Below are positions 1 to 11,855 of a stretch of 64,000 nucleotides of DNA, one piece after another. This DNA is from Paramoeba atlantica (taxonomy: Eukaryota > Protista > Discosea), in contig CDRNVI010000067.1 of assembly GCA_977017575.1 (NCBI GenBank), forward strand, positions 141,662 to 205,661. The letters run 5' to 3'. A model generated the notes under the pieces. That model had not been told where the DNA came from. It worked only from the letters and a program-made list of their open reading frames with translations, and did no database searches. The first letter of the stretch is position 1. Each line of letters begins with the position of its first letter. The translations under genes were made by a program, and so were the position numbers.

Positions 1-804
1 TCAGCAACAGAGGAGGAAGCCGTAATGAATAGCAACTCGCCTCAACAAATCTTTCCCTCCAATTGGATGTGTTTCGGTCTCAGTCTCGCGGCCACCATTT
101 TAATGAAGCAACACACCCAGGCGTTGGATATTGCCCATCACATTGCCCGTGTCGCTCTCCCTGCGGTCATCGAGGAGGCAAAAAAAGCAAACGAACAAAT
201 TAACACAGAAAAAGGAAAGAGGGAAGGGCCGGATACGGAGAGCAGTCCCAACAAAAACGAAAATCCTCCGATTTCTTCTTCCAAACAAAACGTTACGCCC
301 TCAACAACCTTACCCGAAGAAGAGAATTTAGATTCCATCGACGGGACAACAATCGGAAACCAATACCTCCCAGGAGAAGCAGCGGAAGAAGAAGATTCTT
401 CCTCCCTATCTTCACCTTCCCTATCTCCTGGATCCTATCCTAAAAAAGACGTGACCACGAGTGCCTTACTCGAGCGCTGTGGTCTCCCCGATGTTTTGCT
501 CTTCCCGGGCTCTGAGGAGAACGCTTTAAGGGACTCTTCTTCCCCTTCGAGGGCCTCTGCTCTCTCCCCCGAGCGGTTTCTGCATAACCTCTGCGCCACC
601 TTCGCGCGTCACGTCCACCGGGACTGGATGAAGGCGCTGCGGGAGCTCGAGAGCGTGTTCCGGGAGGCGGGGCTGCGGATCCCGGACAGCGCCCGCGCCA
701 CGTTCCTGCAGATCAGCGCCAGCTTCTCCAACGAGTCCTACCATCAGAAGAATATCTTGGATCGGTTTCTGCAAGAGGAAACCGAGGGGAGAGAGAAAAG
801 ATGA
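1..804 (+). CDS. 3' part of a second copy of the 755-aa helical-repeat protein (5' end lies outside the window)
   Basis: Frame is open from base 1. It matches the C-terminus of 3988..6255 except T/K at 304-306 and a silent change. Confidence 0.85.
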   Translation, partial: SATEEEAVMNSNSPQQIFPSNWMCFGLSLAATILMKQHTQALDIAHHIARVALPAVIEEAKKANEQINTEKGKREGPDTESSPNKNENPPISSSKQNVTPSTTLPEEENLDSIDGTTIGNQYLPGEAAEEEDSSSLSSPSLSPGSYPKKDVTTSALLERCGLPDVLLFPGSEENALRDSSSPSRASALSPERFLHNLCATFARHVHRDWMKALRELESVFREAGLRIPDSARATFLQISASFSNESYHQKNILDRFLQEETEGREKR

Positions 805-1113
805 AGAAAAAGGGGAGGGCGTCTAAAAAATAAGAAGTCATAATTTTTTTTAGTATAAAGGTTGTAAAAAAAATCGGTAGTGTTTCCTCATGAAAAAGAA
901 AACGCGGACTTTGGTAAACGAAAAGCTCTTGCGCGAAATGAAATGTACGCGACAATCGGGAGGTATACTTGTGTAGCTACTGTATCATGTGGTACGTACA
1001 AAGGTGAAGCCTATTCTTTTAGTATTGATAGTTGGCTTTTTTTGCAAGACTTAGATAGCCACATACAGAGACACCTTTTGTTTATTCCGATTTCTTTTTG
1101 CCACCTGACAAAA

Positions 1114-1836
1114 ATGTTTGAGTTCTGTGCATTAGCCTGTGCATTACGTGCAGCTGAGGAACAATCTATAAGTCGTCCTTGTGCAGCGAAGGTGAGCTCT
1201 ATTACCGTGCCGCAAGAGTACGATTTAATAAGACTTATTCAAAATATGCAGGAAAGACCCCCTAGCTGGAACACCGACACACCTGCATGCGAGTGGGAAG
1301 GCGTTGAATGCGACGAGAAGAATCAAGTTAAAGAATTCAGTTGGTGTTTTGAAAACCTAGGATTCTTAGTTTGGAAATATTTGCCACAGAGTTAAGTTTC
1401 TTTTCGCATGCAACATGGCCATCTTCGCGGTGAACTTCCCTTGGAAGTGTTTCCTCCGAACCTAACGCAAATATATTTGTATGCGAATCAGTTAACCGGT
1501 CATCTTGACTTGCTCCAGCTCCCACCCATACTGGAGGTCTTGGATGTCGAAAAAAATCATTTCCATGGCACCGTCGATTTCTCATCACTTCCGACAACTT
1601 TGGAGGAACTAAAGCTGTCGAGCAACAGCGAACTCGAAGGTGCGTTTGATGTGGATATGCACAGCCCTGATTTGTATTACGACTTTCTGCAAACAAACAT
1701 TACAGTCTCGGACGGATGTCGAATTCGAGAGCTCTACTTTGATGTGGATGAAGATGACGTTGATGAGTATGAAGATGAGGACGTTGATGAGGATGAAGAT
1801 GAAGAGGACATGCATGTACATGATGATTTGGATTAG
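1114..1836 (+). pseudogene. LRR protein with acidic tail, interrupted by an in-frame TAA
   Basis: Cap ACEWEGVEC, then LPQS*VSFRMQHGHLRG, which is colinear with paralog LPPNLESLEVMKAHLRG (TTA->TAA at 1393-1395). The same frame continues to a D/E-rich tail. Confidence 0.85.
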
Positions 1837-2411
1837 TCCTGTACGTACTTGATGTGTGCAATTAGATTGATTGTTCAATTGTATTCGATTGATTGGCTGT
1901 GTAAATTGGAGGGGCGGGGGCCTTGTTTACTGTTAGATAAATGATTACTGTTAGATAAATGATACTGTTAGAGAAATGATTAGAAAAATACTAATACTTC
2001 TCCGAATTTTCCTGTTAAAAGTTGATATTTGAGGGGCTGCGGGTGGCGTCCCGAGAAACCGCGGTATACGATCGGCCCCCCGAGGCCTGGTCCGATAGTA
2101 ATGTATACCTAAAAAATCTTTGATTTTAGTATTCACGTATTCATGTAGTATAGTATTTAGTAGTATTTACGTATTCGCGTATAGTATTCACGGGGTTTTC
2201 AACATTTTTCCCGCCTCTATCACCAAAAACTTGGAACAAGTAATTTATGCGCTCTAAAGAATGCCAACCATCATCAAGGAATCACATGAAGCGTTTTTTG
2301 CGCTTTCATTCTTTTTGGCAACCTATGGAGACACGCGAATACAGCTGAATGTAGCAGCTGAATGAACCATTTAAAAAAGCCTCTTGATGGTAGGTTTTTG
2401 AATTTCGTGTA

Positions 2412-2667
2412 CTATGCCCCCCTGCTTATAAGTTCCCCCTACTCAGGTACGCTTATGAGTTCCTTTTTCTGGTGAATGCTTTTGTACCCACATTTTGCGA
2501 AGCCTTTTTTTACATGTGACAAAATGTCATAAATTTCTACTCTACGTCAGCCTGCTCTACAGGTTCGTTCACTGAGCGGATATTTGTTTTGGATCCAGTT
2601 ATCATCTGGTATGCTTAAGAGTTCCTTTTTCTCAAAACCGGGGAACTCATAAGCAGGGGGGGTATAG
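2412..2667. mobile_element. Tc1/mariner-type MITE (256 bp)
   Basis: TA|CTATGCCCCCCTGCTTATAAGTTCCCC ... GGGGAACTCATAAGCAGGGGGGGTATAG|TA: imperfect TIR of about 27 bp with TA on both sides. Confidence 0.85.
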
Positions 2668-2870
2668 TATTTTGTTTTATTATTTTTACCCTTGCTTTCG
2701 TAAGCAGACCGATTTTTTTTTCATCACGCTTTTTTTCAGAATACTTTTTTTTATTTTTCTTAAAAGAAATTGCGCAAAAAAAAGCGGCAGATAACTAGGT
2801 ACAGTAGTTCCCTTGACCGAGCAATTTATTCAACACCTCTTCCAATTTCTTTACAGCGTTTCAAAGTTCA

Positions 2871-3494
2871 ATGACTTACTCCTTTTTAATGATATGTCCG
2901 CTACGTGCATCGGATGTACACTCTTCAACGCATCCCCGGGCAGCGAAAATAAGGTCTGTTTCCGTACCGCAAGAATACAATTTGGCAAGACTTGTTGAAA
3001 GCGCAGATAAAAAGCATCGTACCTGGGACACCAACACACCTGTCTGTGAGTGGTATGGCATTGAATGTTGTGAGAAGAAACGAGTTAAAGCTATAAGCTG
3101 GCGTTTTGCAGATTTAGGATCGTTAAATTGGAAATATTTGCCGCCAAATTTAGAGTCTCTAGAGGTGATGAAAGCCCATCTTCGTGGTGAACTTCCACTA
3201 GAGATGTTTCCCCCATCTCTCGTATACATTTATCTGTATTACAATAAGTTAACAGGTAATCTCGTCCTTTTGCGACTTCCACCTTCATTGGAGGTTTTTG
3301 ACGTTCAAAGCAATCAGTTTTTTGGCATCGTAGATTTTTCGTTACTTCCAACAGGTTTGTCCGAGCTGACGCTGTCTTGGAACAGTGACCTCAAAGGTGC
3401 GTTCGATGTGGGAATGTGCAGTCCGAATTTGAGCTACGACGTTCGGCGTACAAACATCACGGTATCGAATGGATGTTTATTTCGAGAGGTCTAG
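2871..3494 (+). CDS. Short LRR protein (207 aa)
   Basis: PQEYNL leader, WDTNTPVCEWYGIEC cap, and about 4 LPxxLxxLxLxxN repeats. Confidence 0.85.
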   Translation: MTYSFLMICPLRASDVHSSTHPRAAKIRSVSVPQEYNLARLVESADKKHRTWDTNTPVCEWYGIECCEKKRVKAISWRFADLGSLNWKYLPPNLESLEVMKAHLRGELPLEMFPPSLVYIYLYYNKLTGNLVLLRLPPSLEVFDVQSNQFFGIVDFSLLPTGLSELTLSWNSDLKGAFDVGMCSPNLSYDVRRTNITVSNGCLFREV

Positions 3495-3987
3495 CGTGAT
3501 GAGGATGATGAGTGCAATGATGAGGATTCTTTCGAAAATGATTTTTTTCAGAATTCCGCCTCGCTTGTCGTTTGGCTTGTCGTTTGGCCGTATTAATTCG
3601 ACGAGTGTAAAATGGGCATAAAATGTGAAAGAAATTCTGGGTCAAGATGGGTGAGAATGCACCAAAATAGGGTAAAATAATTTTTTTTTGGTTTCTCTGT
3701 TTCGTTTGAAAGAAACGTTGGGCATATGTTACAGGCTTTAAAAAAGTATTTTTGACTCATTTTATTCATCTGGCATGCGTTTTACTTTAATTGAGAGGGG
3801 GGGGTATATAATGCTTCTGTTCTGAAATTCGCCCCCCCCGCCCTGATCAGTTCCACAGCGCTCTTTCGGGCCGACATGGGGGCTGCGTTGGCCTGGCAGC
3901 AACAAAACGACAGAGCTGACAGCACTGGTAAATGTACTCGATACGCTTTGCCCCGGAGTAGAAAAAAGCGAAAAAAATACGCAAAGT

Positions 3988-6255
3988 ATGGACCAGGAGA
4001 ATGTAGGACAACCCAAAGGGGAGAATGGTGAATGCTCAACAAGGTTTACCTCCCCCGAAACGACGCTCACGTCCGCTGTGGTTGCGGCGGCGATTCGAAA
4101 TGTTTCCCATTCAACACATCTTTCCCGGCTGCTTCGTGTTCTCCCCCCGTCGCTTCGCTCGAAACCTCAAATCTTTCTCGCGCTCTCGGAGCGAAGTACG
4201 AACCCGGATGCTATACTCCGTGCGCTGCGGGAGTTAAGAGAAGCAGGCGAGAGCCCCCCGCCAGACTCGATTCCACGAATTTTGAATAAACTCCCGCCTA
4301 ACTTATGGAGAGAGGCCGTGGAGGTAGTAAGGACAGCTTTGAGAAGAAGCGAGGCAAATGCACCGTCCTCTTCTTCGATTCCTTCCACTCTTCCATCCAA
4401 TTGTTTTTTTCCCAACACTCCGCTTTCATTGGAATGTTTTGTAGTGTTACTGCGGCTAGCCGCTCGTGCAGGAGCGCTTTCTTTTGTAGAGAATCTCGGG
4501 AAGGATCTTTCTTTTGTCAACGGCACGGCTTCTTTATCCAGAAGTGAGCCAGAGGCTATACAGTTTCCCGAAGCATTCTTCTCTGATGCCACTCGAAGCT
4601 CCATTCGCACTTCCTTATGTGTGGCGAAGTTTACCCAAAAAGGATTAGCTCCGGAACGGAGTCCTACCCGACTGAACGTACGACGAATGGAGAAACACCG
4701 AGAGATGCGAGAAAAAGTCAATGCGGTGCTATCGCGAAACAAAACAACAGAAAGTAGCGCATCTCAAAGTACGGAAAATATGAATTCAAGAACAGACACC
4801 ACTTTTTCTTCTCTTCCGAAAAAAGAGGAGAATACGAATGAATTTACAGCGTCTGATGTAGAATCAGAATTTGAAACTGAACTCGCTCGAGCTCAAGAAA
4901 ACGCCTCGCAAACCGTGGAGCAGCGTTACGATGCGGAGCGTCGTGAAGCCCAACGTATCCACCCTGCAGTTTCGGAACTCCAACAAATGGATCGGGAACA
5001 CATCCCGCTGGACCCCTCTGGTCCGCATCAAATCATCCAGGCCCTGAGGGAGCAAGGGGACTGGCCGACGGGACTCTATCTCGTCGAGACCCGAGCGGAA
5101 TTTCGTAACTCGCGCCAAGCGATTCAAGGCGTAATCCAGTCCATGGCCCGGGAGCATCAGGCCACCGCATTGATCGATTTCACGGAAATTTTACAGCGTG
5201 AAGAGGCAGGCGGAGAAAAAGAGGCAATAAATGAGGAAGAAAACGCAGGAAGAGGAGGAAAACTTGAAAAGCAGGATAAAAGCAAAGGAAACGCCCCCCC
5301 TCCTCTCCGTCGTAGTCTTGCCCTTGTGTGCTCCATGTTGCATGCACATTTAATGTGTAGTAATCTTCACGCCGCCTACGATATCTATTTTGAGTATATC
5401 CGACCCTTACTGTGTGCTTCCAATCAAGTTCAACCCGAAATCCGGGGGTGCTCAGCAACAGAGGAGGAAGCCGTAATGAATAGCAACTCGCCTCAACAAA
5501 TCTTTCCCTCCAATTGGATGTGTTTCGGTCTCAGTCTCGCGGCCACCATTTTAATGAAGCAACACACCCAGGCGTTGGATATTGCCCATCACATTGCCCG
5601 TGTCGCTCTCCCTGCGGTCATCGAGGAGGCAAAAAAAGCAAACGAACAAATTAACACAGAAAAAGGAAAAAGGGAAGGGCCGGATACGGAGAGCAGTCCC
5701 AACAAAAACGAAAATCCTCCGATTTCTTCTTCCAAACAAAACGTTACGCCTTCAAAAACCTTACCCGAAGAAGAGAATTTAGATTCCATCGACGGGACAA
5801 CAATCGGAAACCAATACCTCCCAGGAGAAGCAGCGGAAGAAGAAGATTCTTCCTCCCTATCTTCACCTTCCCTATCTCCTGGATCCTATCCTAAAAAAGA
5901 CGTGACCACGAGTGCCTTACTCGAGCGCTGTGGTCTCCCCGATGTTTTGCTCTTCCCGGGCTCTGAGGAGAACGCTTTAAGGGACTCTTCTTCCCCTTCG
6001 AGGGCCTCTGCTCTCTCCCCCGAGCGGTTTCTGCATAACCTCTGCGCCACCTTCGCGCGTCACGTCCACCGGGACTGGATGAAGGCGCTGCGGGAGCTCG
6101 AGAGCGTGTTCCGGGAGGCGGGGCTGCGGATCCCGGACAGCGCCCGCGCCACGTTCCTGCAGATCAGCGCCAGCTTCTCCAACGAGTCCTACCATCAGAA
6201 GAATATCTTGGATCGGTTTCTGCAAGAGGAAACCGAGGGGAGAGAGAAAAGATGA
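3988..6255 (+). CDS. 755-aa protein, probably alpha-helical repeat (degenerate PPR/TPR-like) with low-complexity linkers
   Basis: Long intronless ORF. Helix-pair segments include QIIQALREQGDWPTGLYLV, CSMLHAHLMCSNLHAAYDIY and HNLCATFARH..WMKALRELESVFREAG. The family call is inference. Confidence 0.75.
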   Translation: MDQENVGQPKGENGECSTRFTSPETTLTSAVVAAAIRNVSHSTHLSRLLRVLPPSLRSKPQIFLALSERSTNPDAILRALRELREAGESPPPDSIPRILNKLPPNLWREAVEVVRTALRRSEANAPSSSSIPSTLPSNCFFPNTPLSLECFVVLLRLAARAGALSFVENLGKDLSFVNGTASLSRSEPEAIQFPEAFFSDATRSSIRTSLCVAKFTQKGLAPERSPTRLNVRRMEKHREMREKVNAVLSRNKTTESSASQSTENMNSRTDTTFSSLPKKEENTNEFTASDVESEFETELARAQENASQTVEQRYDAERREAQRIHPAVSELQQMDREHIPLDPSGPHQIIQALREQGDWPTGLYLVETRAEFRNSRQAIQGVIQSMAREHQATALIDFTEILQREEAGGEKEAINEEENAGRGGKLEKQDKSKGNAPPPLRRSLALVCSMLHAHLMCSNLHAAYDIYFEYIRPLLCASNQVQPEIRGCSATEEEAVMNSNSPQQIFPSNWMCFGLSLAATILMKQHTQALDIAHHIARVALPAVIEEAKKANEQINTEKGKREGPDTESSPNKNENPPISSSKQNVTPSKTLPEEENLDSIDGTTIGNQYLPGEAAEEEDSSSLSSPSLSPGSYPKKDVTTSALLERCGLPDVLLFPGSEENALRDSSSPSRASALSPERFLHNLCATFARHVHRDWMKALRELESVFREAGLRIPDSARATFLQISASFSNESYHQKNILDRFLQEETEGREKR

Positions 6256-6564
6256 AGAAAAAGGGGAGGGCGTCTAAAAAATAAGAAGTCATAATTTTTT
6301 TTAGTATAAAGGTTGTAAAAAAAATCGGTAGTGTTTCCTCATGAAAAAGAAAACGCGGACTTTGGTAAACGAAAAGCTCTTGCGCGAAATGAAATGTACG
6401 CGACAATCGGGAGGTATACTTGTGTAGCTACTGTATCATGTGGTACGTACAAAGGTGAAGCCTATTCTTTTAGTATTGATAGTTGGCTTTTTTTGCAAGA
6501 CTTAGATAGCCACATACAGAGACACCTTTTGTTTATTCCGATTTCTTTTTGCCACCTGACAAAA

Positions 6565-7287
6565 ATGTTTGAGTTCTGTGCATTAGCCTGTGCATTACGT
6601 GCAGCTGAGGAACAATCTATAAGTCGTCCTTGTGCAGCGAAGGTGAGCTCTATTACCGTGCCGCAAGAGTACGATTTAATAAGACTTATTCAAAATATGC
6701 AGGAAAGACCCCCTAGCTGGAACACCGACACACCTGCATGCGAGTGGGAAGGCGTTGAATGCGACGAGAAGAATCAAGTTAAAGAATTCAGTTGGTGTTT
6801 TGAAAACCTAGGATTCTTAGTTTGGAAATATTTGCCACAGAGTTAAGTTTCTTTTCGCATGCAACATGGCCATCTTCGCGGTGAACTTCCCTTGGAAGTG
6901 TTTCCTCCGAACCTAACGCAAATATATTTGTATGCGAATCAGTTAACCGGTCATCTTGACTTGCTCCAGCTCCCACCCATACTGGAGGTCTTGGATGTCG
7001 AAAAAAATCATTTCCATGGCACCGTCGATTTCTCATCACTTCCGACAACTTTGGAGGAACTAAAGCTGTCGAGCAACAGCGAACTCGAAGGTGCGTTTGA
7101 TGTGGATATGCACAGCCCTGATTTGTATTACGACTTTCTGCAAACAAACATTACAGTCTCGGACGGATGTCGAATTCGAGAGCTCTACTTTGATGTGGAT
7201 GAAGATGACGTTGATGAGTATGAAGATGAGGACGTTGATGAGGATGAAGATGAAGAGGACATGCATGTACATGATGATTTGGATTAG
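6565..7287 (+). pseudogene. Duplicate of the TAA-interrupted LRR gene
   Basis: Identical to 1114..1836, including the TAA at 6844-6846. Confidence 0.85.
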
Positions 7288-7862
7288 TCCTGTACGTACT
7301 TGATGTGTGCAATTAGATTGATTGTTCAATTGTATTCGATTGATTGGCTGTGTAAATTGGAGGGGCGGGGGCCTTGTTTACTGTTAGATAAATGATTACT
7401 GTTAGATAAATGATACTGTTAGAGAAATGATTAGAAAAATACTAATACTTCTCCGAATTTTCCTGTTAAAAGTTGATATTTGAGGGGCTGCGGGTGGCGT
7501 CCCGAGAAACCGCGGTATACGATCGGCCCCCCGAGGCCTGGTCCGATAGTAATGTATACCTAAAAAATCTTTGATTTTAGTATTCACGTATTCATGTAGT
7601 ATAGTATTTAGTAGTATTTACGTATTCGCGTATAGTATTCACGGGGTTTTCAACATTTTTCCCGCCTCTATCACCAAAAACTTGGAACAAGTAATTTATG
7701 CGCTCTAAAGAATGCCAACCATCATCAAGGAATCACATGAAGCGTTTTTTGCGCTTTCATTCTTTTTGGCAACCTATGGAGACACGCGAATACAGCTGAA
7801 TGTAGCAGCTGAATGAACCATTTAAAAAAGCCTCTTGATGGTAGGTTTTTGAATTTCGTGTA

Positions 7863-8118
7863 CTATGCCCCCCTGCTTATAAGTTCCCCCTACTCAGGTA
7901 CGCTTATGAGTTCCTTTTTCTGGTGAATGCTTTTGTACCCACATTTTGCGAAGCCTTTTTTTACATGTGACAAAATGTCATAAATTTCTACTCTACGTCA
8001 GCCTGCTCTACAGGTTCGTTCACTGAGCGGATATTTGTTTTGGATCCAGTTATCATCTGGTATGCTTAAGAGTTCCTTTTTCTCAAAACCGGGGAACTCA
8101 TAAGCAGGGGGGGTATAG
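7863..8118. mobile_element. Duplicate of the 2412..2667 MITE
   Basis: Same TIRs and TA flanks. Confidence 0.85.
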
Positions 8119-8321
8119 TATTTTGTTTTATTATTTTTACCCTTGCTTTCGTAAGCAGACCGATTTTTTTTTCATCACGCTTTTTTTCAGAATACTTTTT
8201 TTTATTTTTCTTAAAAGAAATTGCGCAAAAAAAAGCGGCAGATAACTAGGTACAGTAGTTCCCTTGACCGAGCAATTTATTCAACACCTCTTCCAATTTC
8301 TTTACAGCGTTTCAAAGTTCA

Positions 8322-8945
8322 ATGACTTACTCCTTTTTAATGATATGTCCGCTACGTGCATCGGATGTACACTCTTCAACGCATCCCCGGGCAGCGAAAA
8401 TAAGGTCTGTTTCCGTACCGCAAGAATACAATTTGGCAAGACTTGTTGAAAGCGCAGATAAAAAGCATCGTACCTGGGACACCAACACACCTGTCTGTGA
8501 GTGGTATGGCATTGAATGTTGTGAGAAGAAACGAGTTAAAGCAATAAGCTGGCGTTTTGCAGATTTAGGATCGTTAAATTGGAAATATTTGCCGCCAAAT
8601 TTAGAGTCTCTAGAGGTGATGAAAGCCCATCTTCGTGGTGAACTTCCACTAGAGATGTTTCCCCCATCTCTCGTATACATTTATCTGTATTACAATAAGT
8701 TAACAGGTAATCTCGTCCTTTTGCGACTTCCACCTTCATTGGAGGTTTTTGACGTTCAAAGCAATCAGTTTTTTGGCATCGTAGATTTTTCGTTACTTCC
8801 AACAGGTTTGTCCGAGCTGACGCTGTCTTGGAACAGTGACCTCAAAGGTGCGTTCGATGTGGGAATGTGCAGTCCGAGTTTGAGCTACGACGTTCGGCGT
8901 ACAAACATCACGGTATCGAATGGATGTTTATTTCGAGAGGTCTAG
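8322..8945 (+). CDS. Short LRR protein (duplicate of 2871..3494, one N->S change)
   Basis: ORF track; nearly identical sequence. Confidence 0.85.
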   Translation: MTYSFLMICPLRASDVHSSTHPRAAKIRSVSVPQEYNLARLVESADKKHRTWDTNTPVCEWYGIECCEKKRVKAISWRFADLGSLNWKYLPPNLESLEVMKAHLRGELPLEMFPPSLVYIYLYYNKLTGNLVLLRLPPSLEVFDVQSNQFFGIVDFSLLPTGLSELTLSWNSDLKGAFDVGMCSPSLSYDVRRTNITVSNGCLFREV

Positions 8946-9680
8946 CGTGATGAGGATGATGAGTGCAATGATGAGGATTCTTTCGAAAATGATTTTTTTC
9001 AGAATTCCGCCTCGCTTGTCGTTTGGCTTGTCGTTTGGCCGTATTAATTCGACGAGTGTAAAATGGGCATAAAATGTGAAAGAAATTCTGGGTCAAGATG
9101 GGTGAGAATGCACCAAAATAGGGTAAAATAATTTTTTTTTGGTTTCTCTGTTTCGTTTGAAAGAAACGTTGGGCATATGTTACAGGCTTTAAAAAAGTAT
9201 TTTTGACTCATTTTATTCATCTGGCATGCGTTTTACTTTAATTGAGAGGGGGGGGTATATAATGCTTCTGTTCTGAAATTCGCCCCCCCCGCCCTGATCA
9301 GTTCCACAGCGCTCTTTCGGGCCGACATGGGGGCTGCGTTGGCCTGGCAAGGTATGTGGGCGGATATTTCTGACCATTCTAAATGGGCCCGCATCCGGAG
9401 CTCTCTGACCAATTGTTGTTGAGACTGCCAACAGTAGGTTCCATATGATGTCTATTTTGTCTTCCGCTGATTTGCTGAGAAAATTGTCACATACGCTCGC
9501 CGCGTGGATTGGCACCGCGTAGAGTATATTGCACCGCGCAGAGTTTCAGGTGGAAACACACCTGAAACCTCCTTACCCGGGAGCACCGCCAGGGAGTACC
9601 CCCAGGTTGGGGCGGTTCGGCTTCGAGATCAGCACGTCGACTATCGGGTTGCCCCCCCCCTCGTTACTCCATTATCATAA

Positions 9681-10357
9681 GGGAGCGAAGGGGCAAGAAC
9701 TCATACATGTAGTTTGAAGCACATGGTACTCAGAGGGCGAGTTCGAGACCAGCTCATCGCATGCCGTATACCCCCCAGTAAGAGAATGAGTTTTGGGTCG
9801 AAATGGCAAAATCTTTTTTACTGGGGGGTATACTTTTTTGGACAGTTTCCTCTTTTCTCGCAACTTTTTCTGCCATTTTTTCTATTCTTCCTTCTGAAAA
9901 TGTGTTAAAACGCTTATTTGGGTTACCCCCGAGGCCCTCAACATGCAGACACCCACCCCCTACCCACTATACGCCTCCTGTGGGGATCCCGAGCCAAATC
10001 TCTCTTACTCGGGGTCAGCCCAAAAAGGGCCAAAACTCTCTTACTGGGGGGGTACTCTCTCTTACTGGGAGGTTATACGGTAATAGGCTGGGCTGAGAAC
10101 TGACTAGGCCCAGTACTCGGAGGATCGACCCGGACCTTCCCCCAAGGAACCAGCTCCCTTACCCGGCTTACACGTCTTGGGTGAGTCGTGTTGGCGTACA
10201 ATTCGTCGACGCATCGTGTTGGTAGCAACACGTTGGTGCCGCCTTGGACAAGCGGAAACTGGTAGAGGACGTCGTCCTCTGAACTTGCGGATCTGTCTGA
10301 AGGGTCTGGCTTGCCAGTGACCGTCCGCAGCAATCCGGAATGATTTGCACTTTTTTT
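9681..10357 (+). mobile_element. tRNA-derived SINE, older copy interrupted by a MITE
   Basis: Degenerate A box (GAGCGAAGGGGCAAG), B box GTTCGAGACC, a body homologous to the 15220 and 49420 copies, and a T7 tail. No TSD found. Confidence 0.75.
9764..10080. mobile_element. MITE (317 bp) nested in the SINE
   Basis: TIR CCGTATACCCCCCAGTAAGAGA / TCTCTTACTGGGAGGTTATACGG with internal CTTACTGGGG repeats. Flanks are TG and TA. Confidence 0.8.
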
Positions 10358-10759
10358 GGATCGGTCAAACCGTTTCCCAAGGGATTGAAGCTAGTCGGGT
10401 CTGCTTTGTCCATAACTTTTAAATAAATAATTCATCATGTGGTTGGTAAGCGCCCCACTCATCAGTTACCACGACTGAGTTTCGATCACTGATCGAACGA
10501 AATCATGAAGAATGCGAGGAAGTAAAATGATTACTATCCACCCTACATAATTGTCTCCCCCCCCTACATATTTGTCAGTCGGAGAAAACAGGCGTCGGGA
10601 AGCGGCGCCGATTTTGTTTTCGCGATTTCCTTCAAACAATTTTTAGCTTATTGCCTATAGCAGCAGCGCTGCTACCGTAGCGTCAAGTGTACATGTCCTA
10701 CAGTACACAACATCCTAAACTTTGCACACGTATTTTTCTTCTGTATATCACACCCGTTC

Positions 10760-11539
10760 ATGCAAGCCCTCCCTACCGTAGATTCCCACGCCACCTCCAC
10801 ACGTCTGGGTAAACCCAGTGCGGCGTTACCGCAAGAATATCAACTCGCGGAGTTCATCCAAGAGATTGAGAACCCGGAGCCGAGTTGGACCACAGACACC
10901 GCAGCCTGCGAGTGGGCTCGTGTCTCATGCGCAGAGGACGGGGTCGTTACGTCGATCTTTTGGGGTAGTTGTGGGACCCATTCCGCACTTCGCGGTACGC
11001 TTCACTGGAAGGCTCTCCCCTCCACGCTCACCAACCTACGCTTGAGTGACAATGATCTACTCGGAGGGGTGAGTTTTGAGGAGCTCCCCAGGGAACTCAC
11101 ATTCTTCTCCATTCACGCCAATCGGTTTGTGGGTACCATTGAATTGTCGGAGATGTCCGCTTTGTTGTTGCACGTCGATGTTTCGTATAACAAATTGGAA
11201 GGAGGACTGGATTTGACGTGTTTGCCATGGAAGATGGATACCTTTCTCGCGAATTCAAACTCGTTTACAGGAAATTTGCTCCTTACGTCGCTTCCGCGTA
11301 CAATAAATACGTTGTCTTTGTGTGATAATGATTTTGAAGGTACTGTCGATCTTGACCACTTGCCTTCAGATTTGTTCCAGCTTGATCTTTCGAATAATCC
11401 GAGATTGACTGGGACATATCACACGAAGCTAATGCCGAAGCGGATGCGGGATAAGACGCGCTCGTTTCTCTTTTTCTCTGCGTACGAAGTAAACGAAAAC
11501 CTTGATATTTCTGAAACGGAAATTTTAAAGAGAAGATGA
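10760..11539 (+). CDS. LRR protein (259 aa)
   Basis: LPQEYQL leader, ACEWARVSC cap, about 6 LRRs. Confidence 0.9.
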   Translation: MQALPTVDSHATSTRLGKPSAALPQEYQLAEFIQEIENPEPSWTTDTAACEWARVSCAEDGVVTSIFWGSCGTHSALRGTLHWKALPSTLTNLRLSDNDLLGGVSFEELPRELTFFSIHANRFVGTIELSEMSALLLHVDVSYNKLEGGLDLTCLPWKMDTFLANSNSFTGNLLLTSLPRTINTLSLCDNDFEGTVDLDHLPSDLFQLDLSNNPRLTGTYHTKLMPKRMRDKTRSFLFFSAYEVNENLDISETEILKRR

Positions 11540-11734
11540 TCATTATAAATTTGCTTCATTAAGCATACAATGTGTATTTTCGCAGTAATTTGTATTCTTC
11601 GCCTTCTCTTTGTCGAAATTATGATCAAAATAAGCCTTCGGCAACACCTTTTAGGCATTTTGAGTGTCCAATCCCACTTGTTCATAGCGACATGTTCTGA
11701 AACCACGACATTCTCGCCGTACGATTTATTTTTT

Positions 11735-11855
11735 AGGAGCATTGTTAAATATTCTCATGGCATCCTACTTTTCAACGCAAAGCGCGCAGCACGAGTCCTT
11801 CTAAGCAGCACGAGCCTTCTAAGCTGAAAACAGCCACAGCGCTTAACGTAGCGAC
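11735..11855. repeat. Degenerate copy of the ~95-bp terminal palindrome family
   Basis: TTTTCAACGCAAAGCGCGCAGCACGAG..TTCTAAGCTGAAAACAGCCACAGCGC resembles 47559..47653 and 56249..56343. Confidence 0.6.

Larger units (their letters stand above)
1..3898. repeat. Left, window-truncated copy of the 5451-bp tandem duplication unit
   Basis: Matches 5452..9349 at a constant offset of 5451. I found only about 4 substitutions by eye. Confidence 0.95.
3899..9349. repeat. Complete 5451-bp tandem unit (755-aa gene, LRR pseudogene, MITE, LRR gene)
   Basis: Identity to the left copy ends at GGCCTGGCA (3898/9349). Confidence 0.93.

Noticed and set aside
10428-10500. tRNA-Met-like stretch (GGTTGGTAAGCGC..CTCAT..GTTTCGATC)
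   Set aside because: The anticodon and acceptor stems do not pair and the A box is poor; at most an unrecognisable relic.
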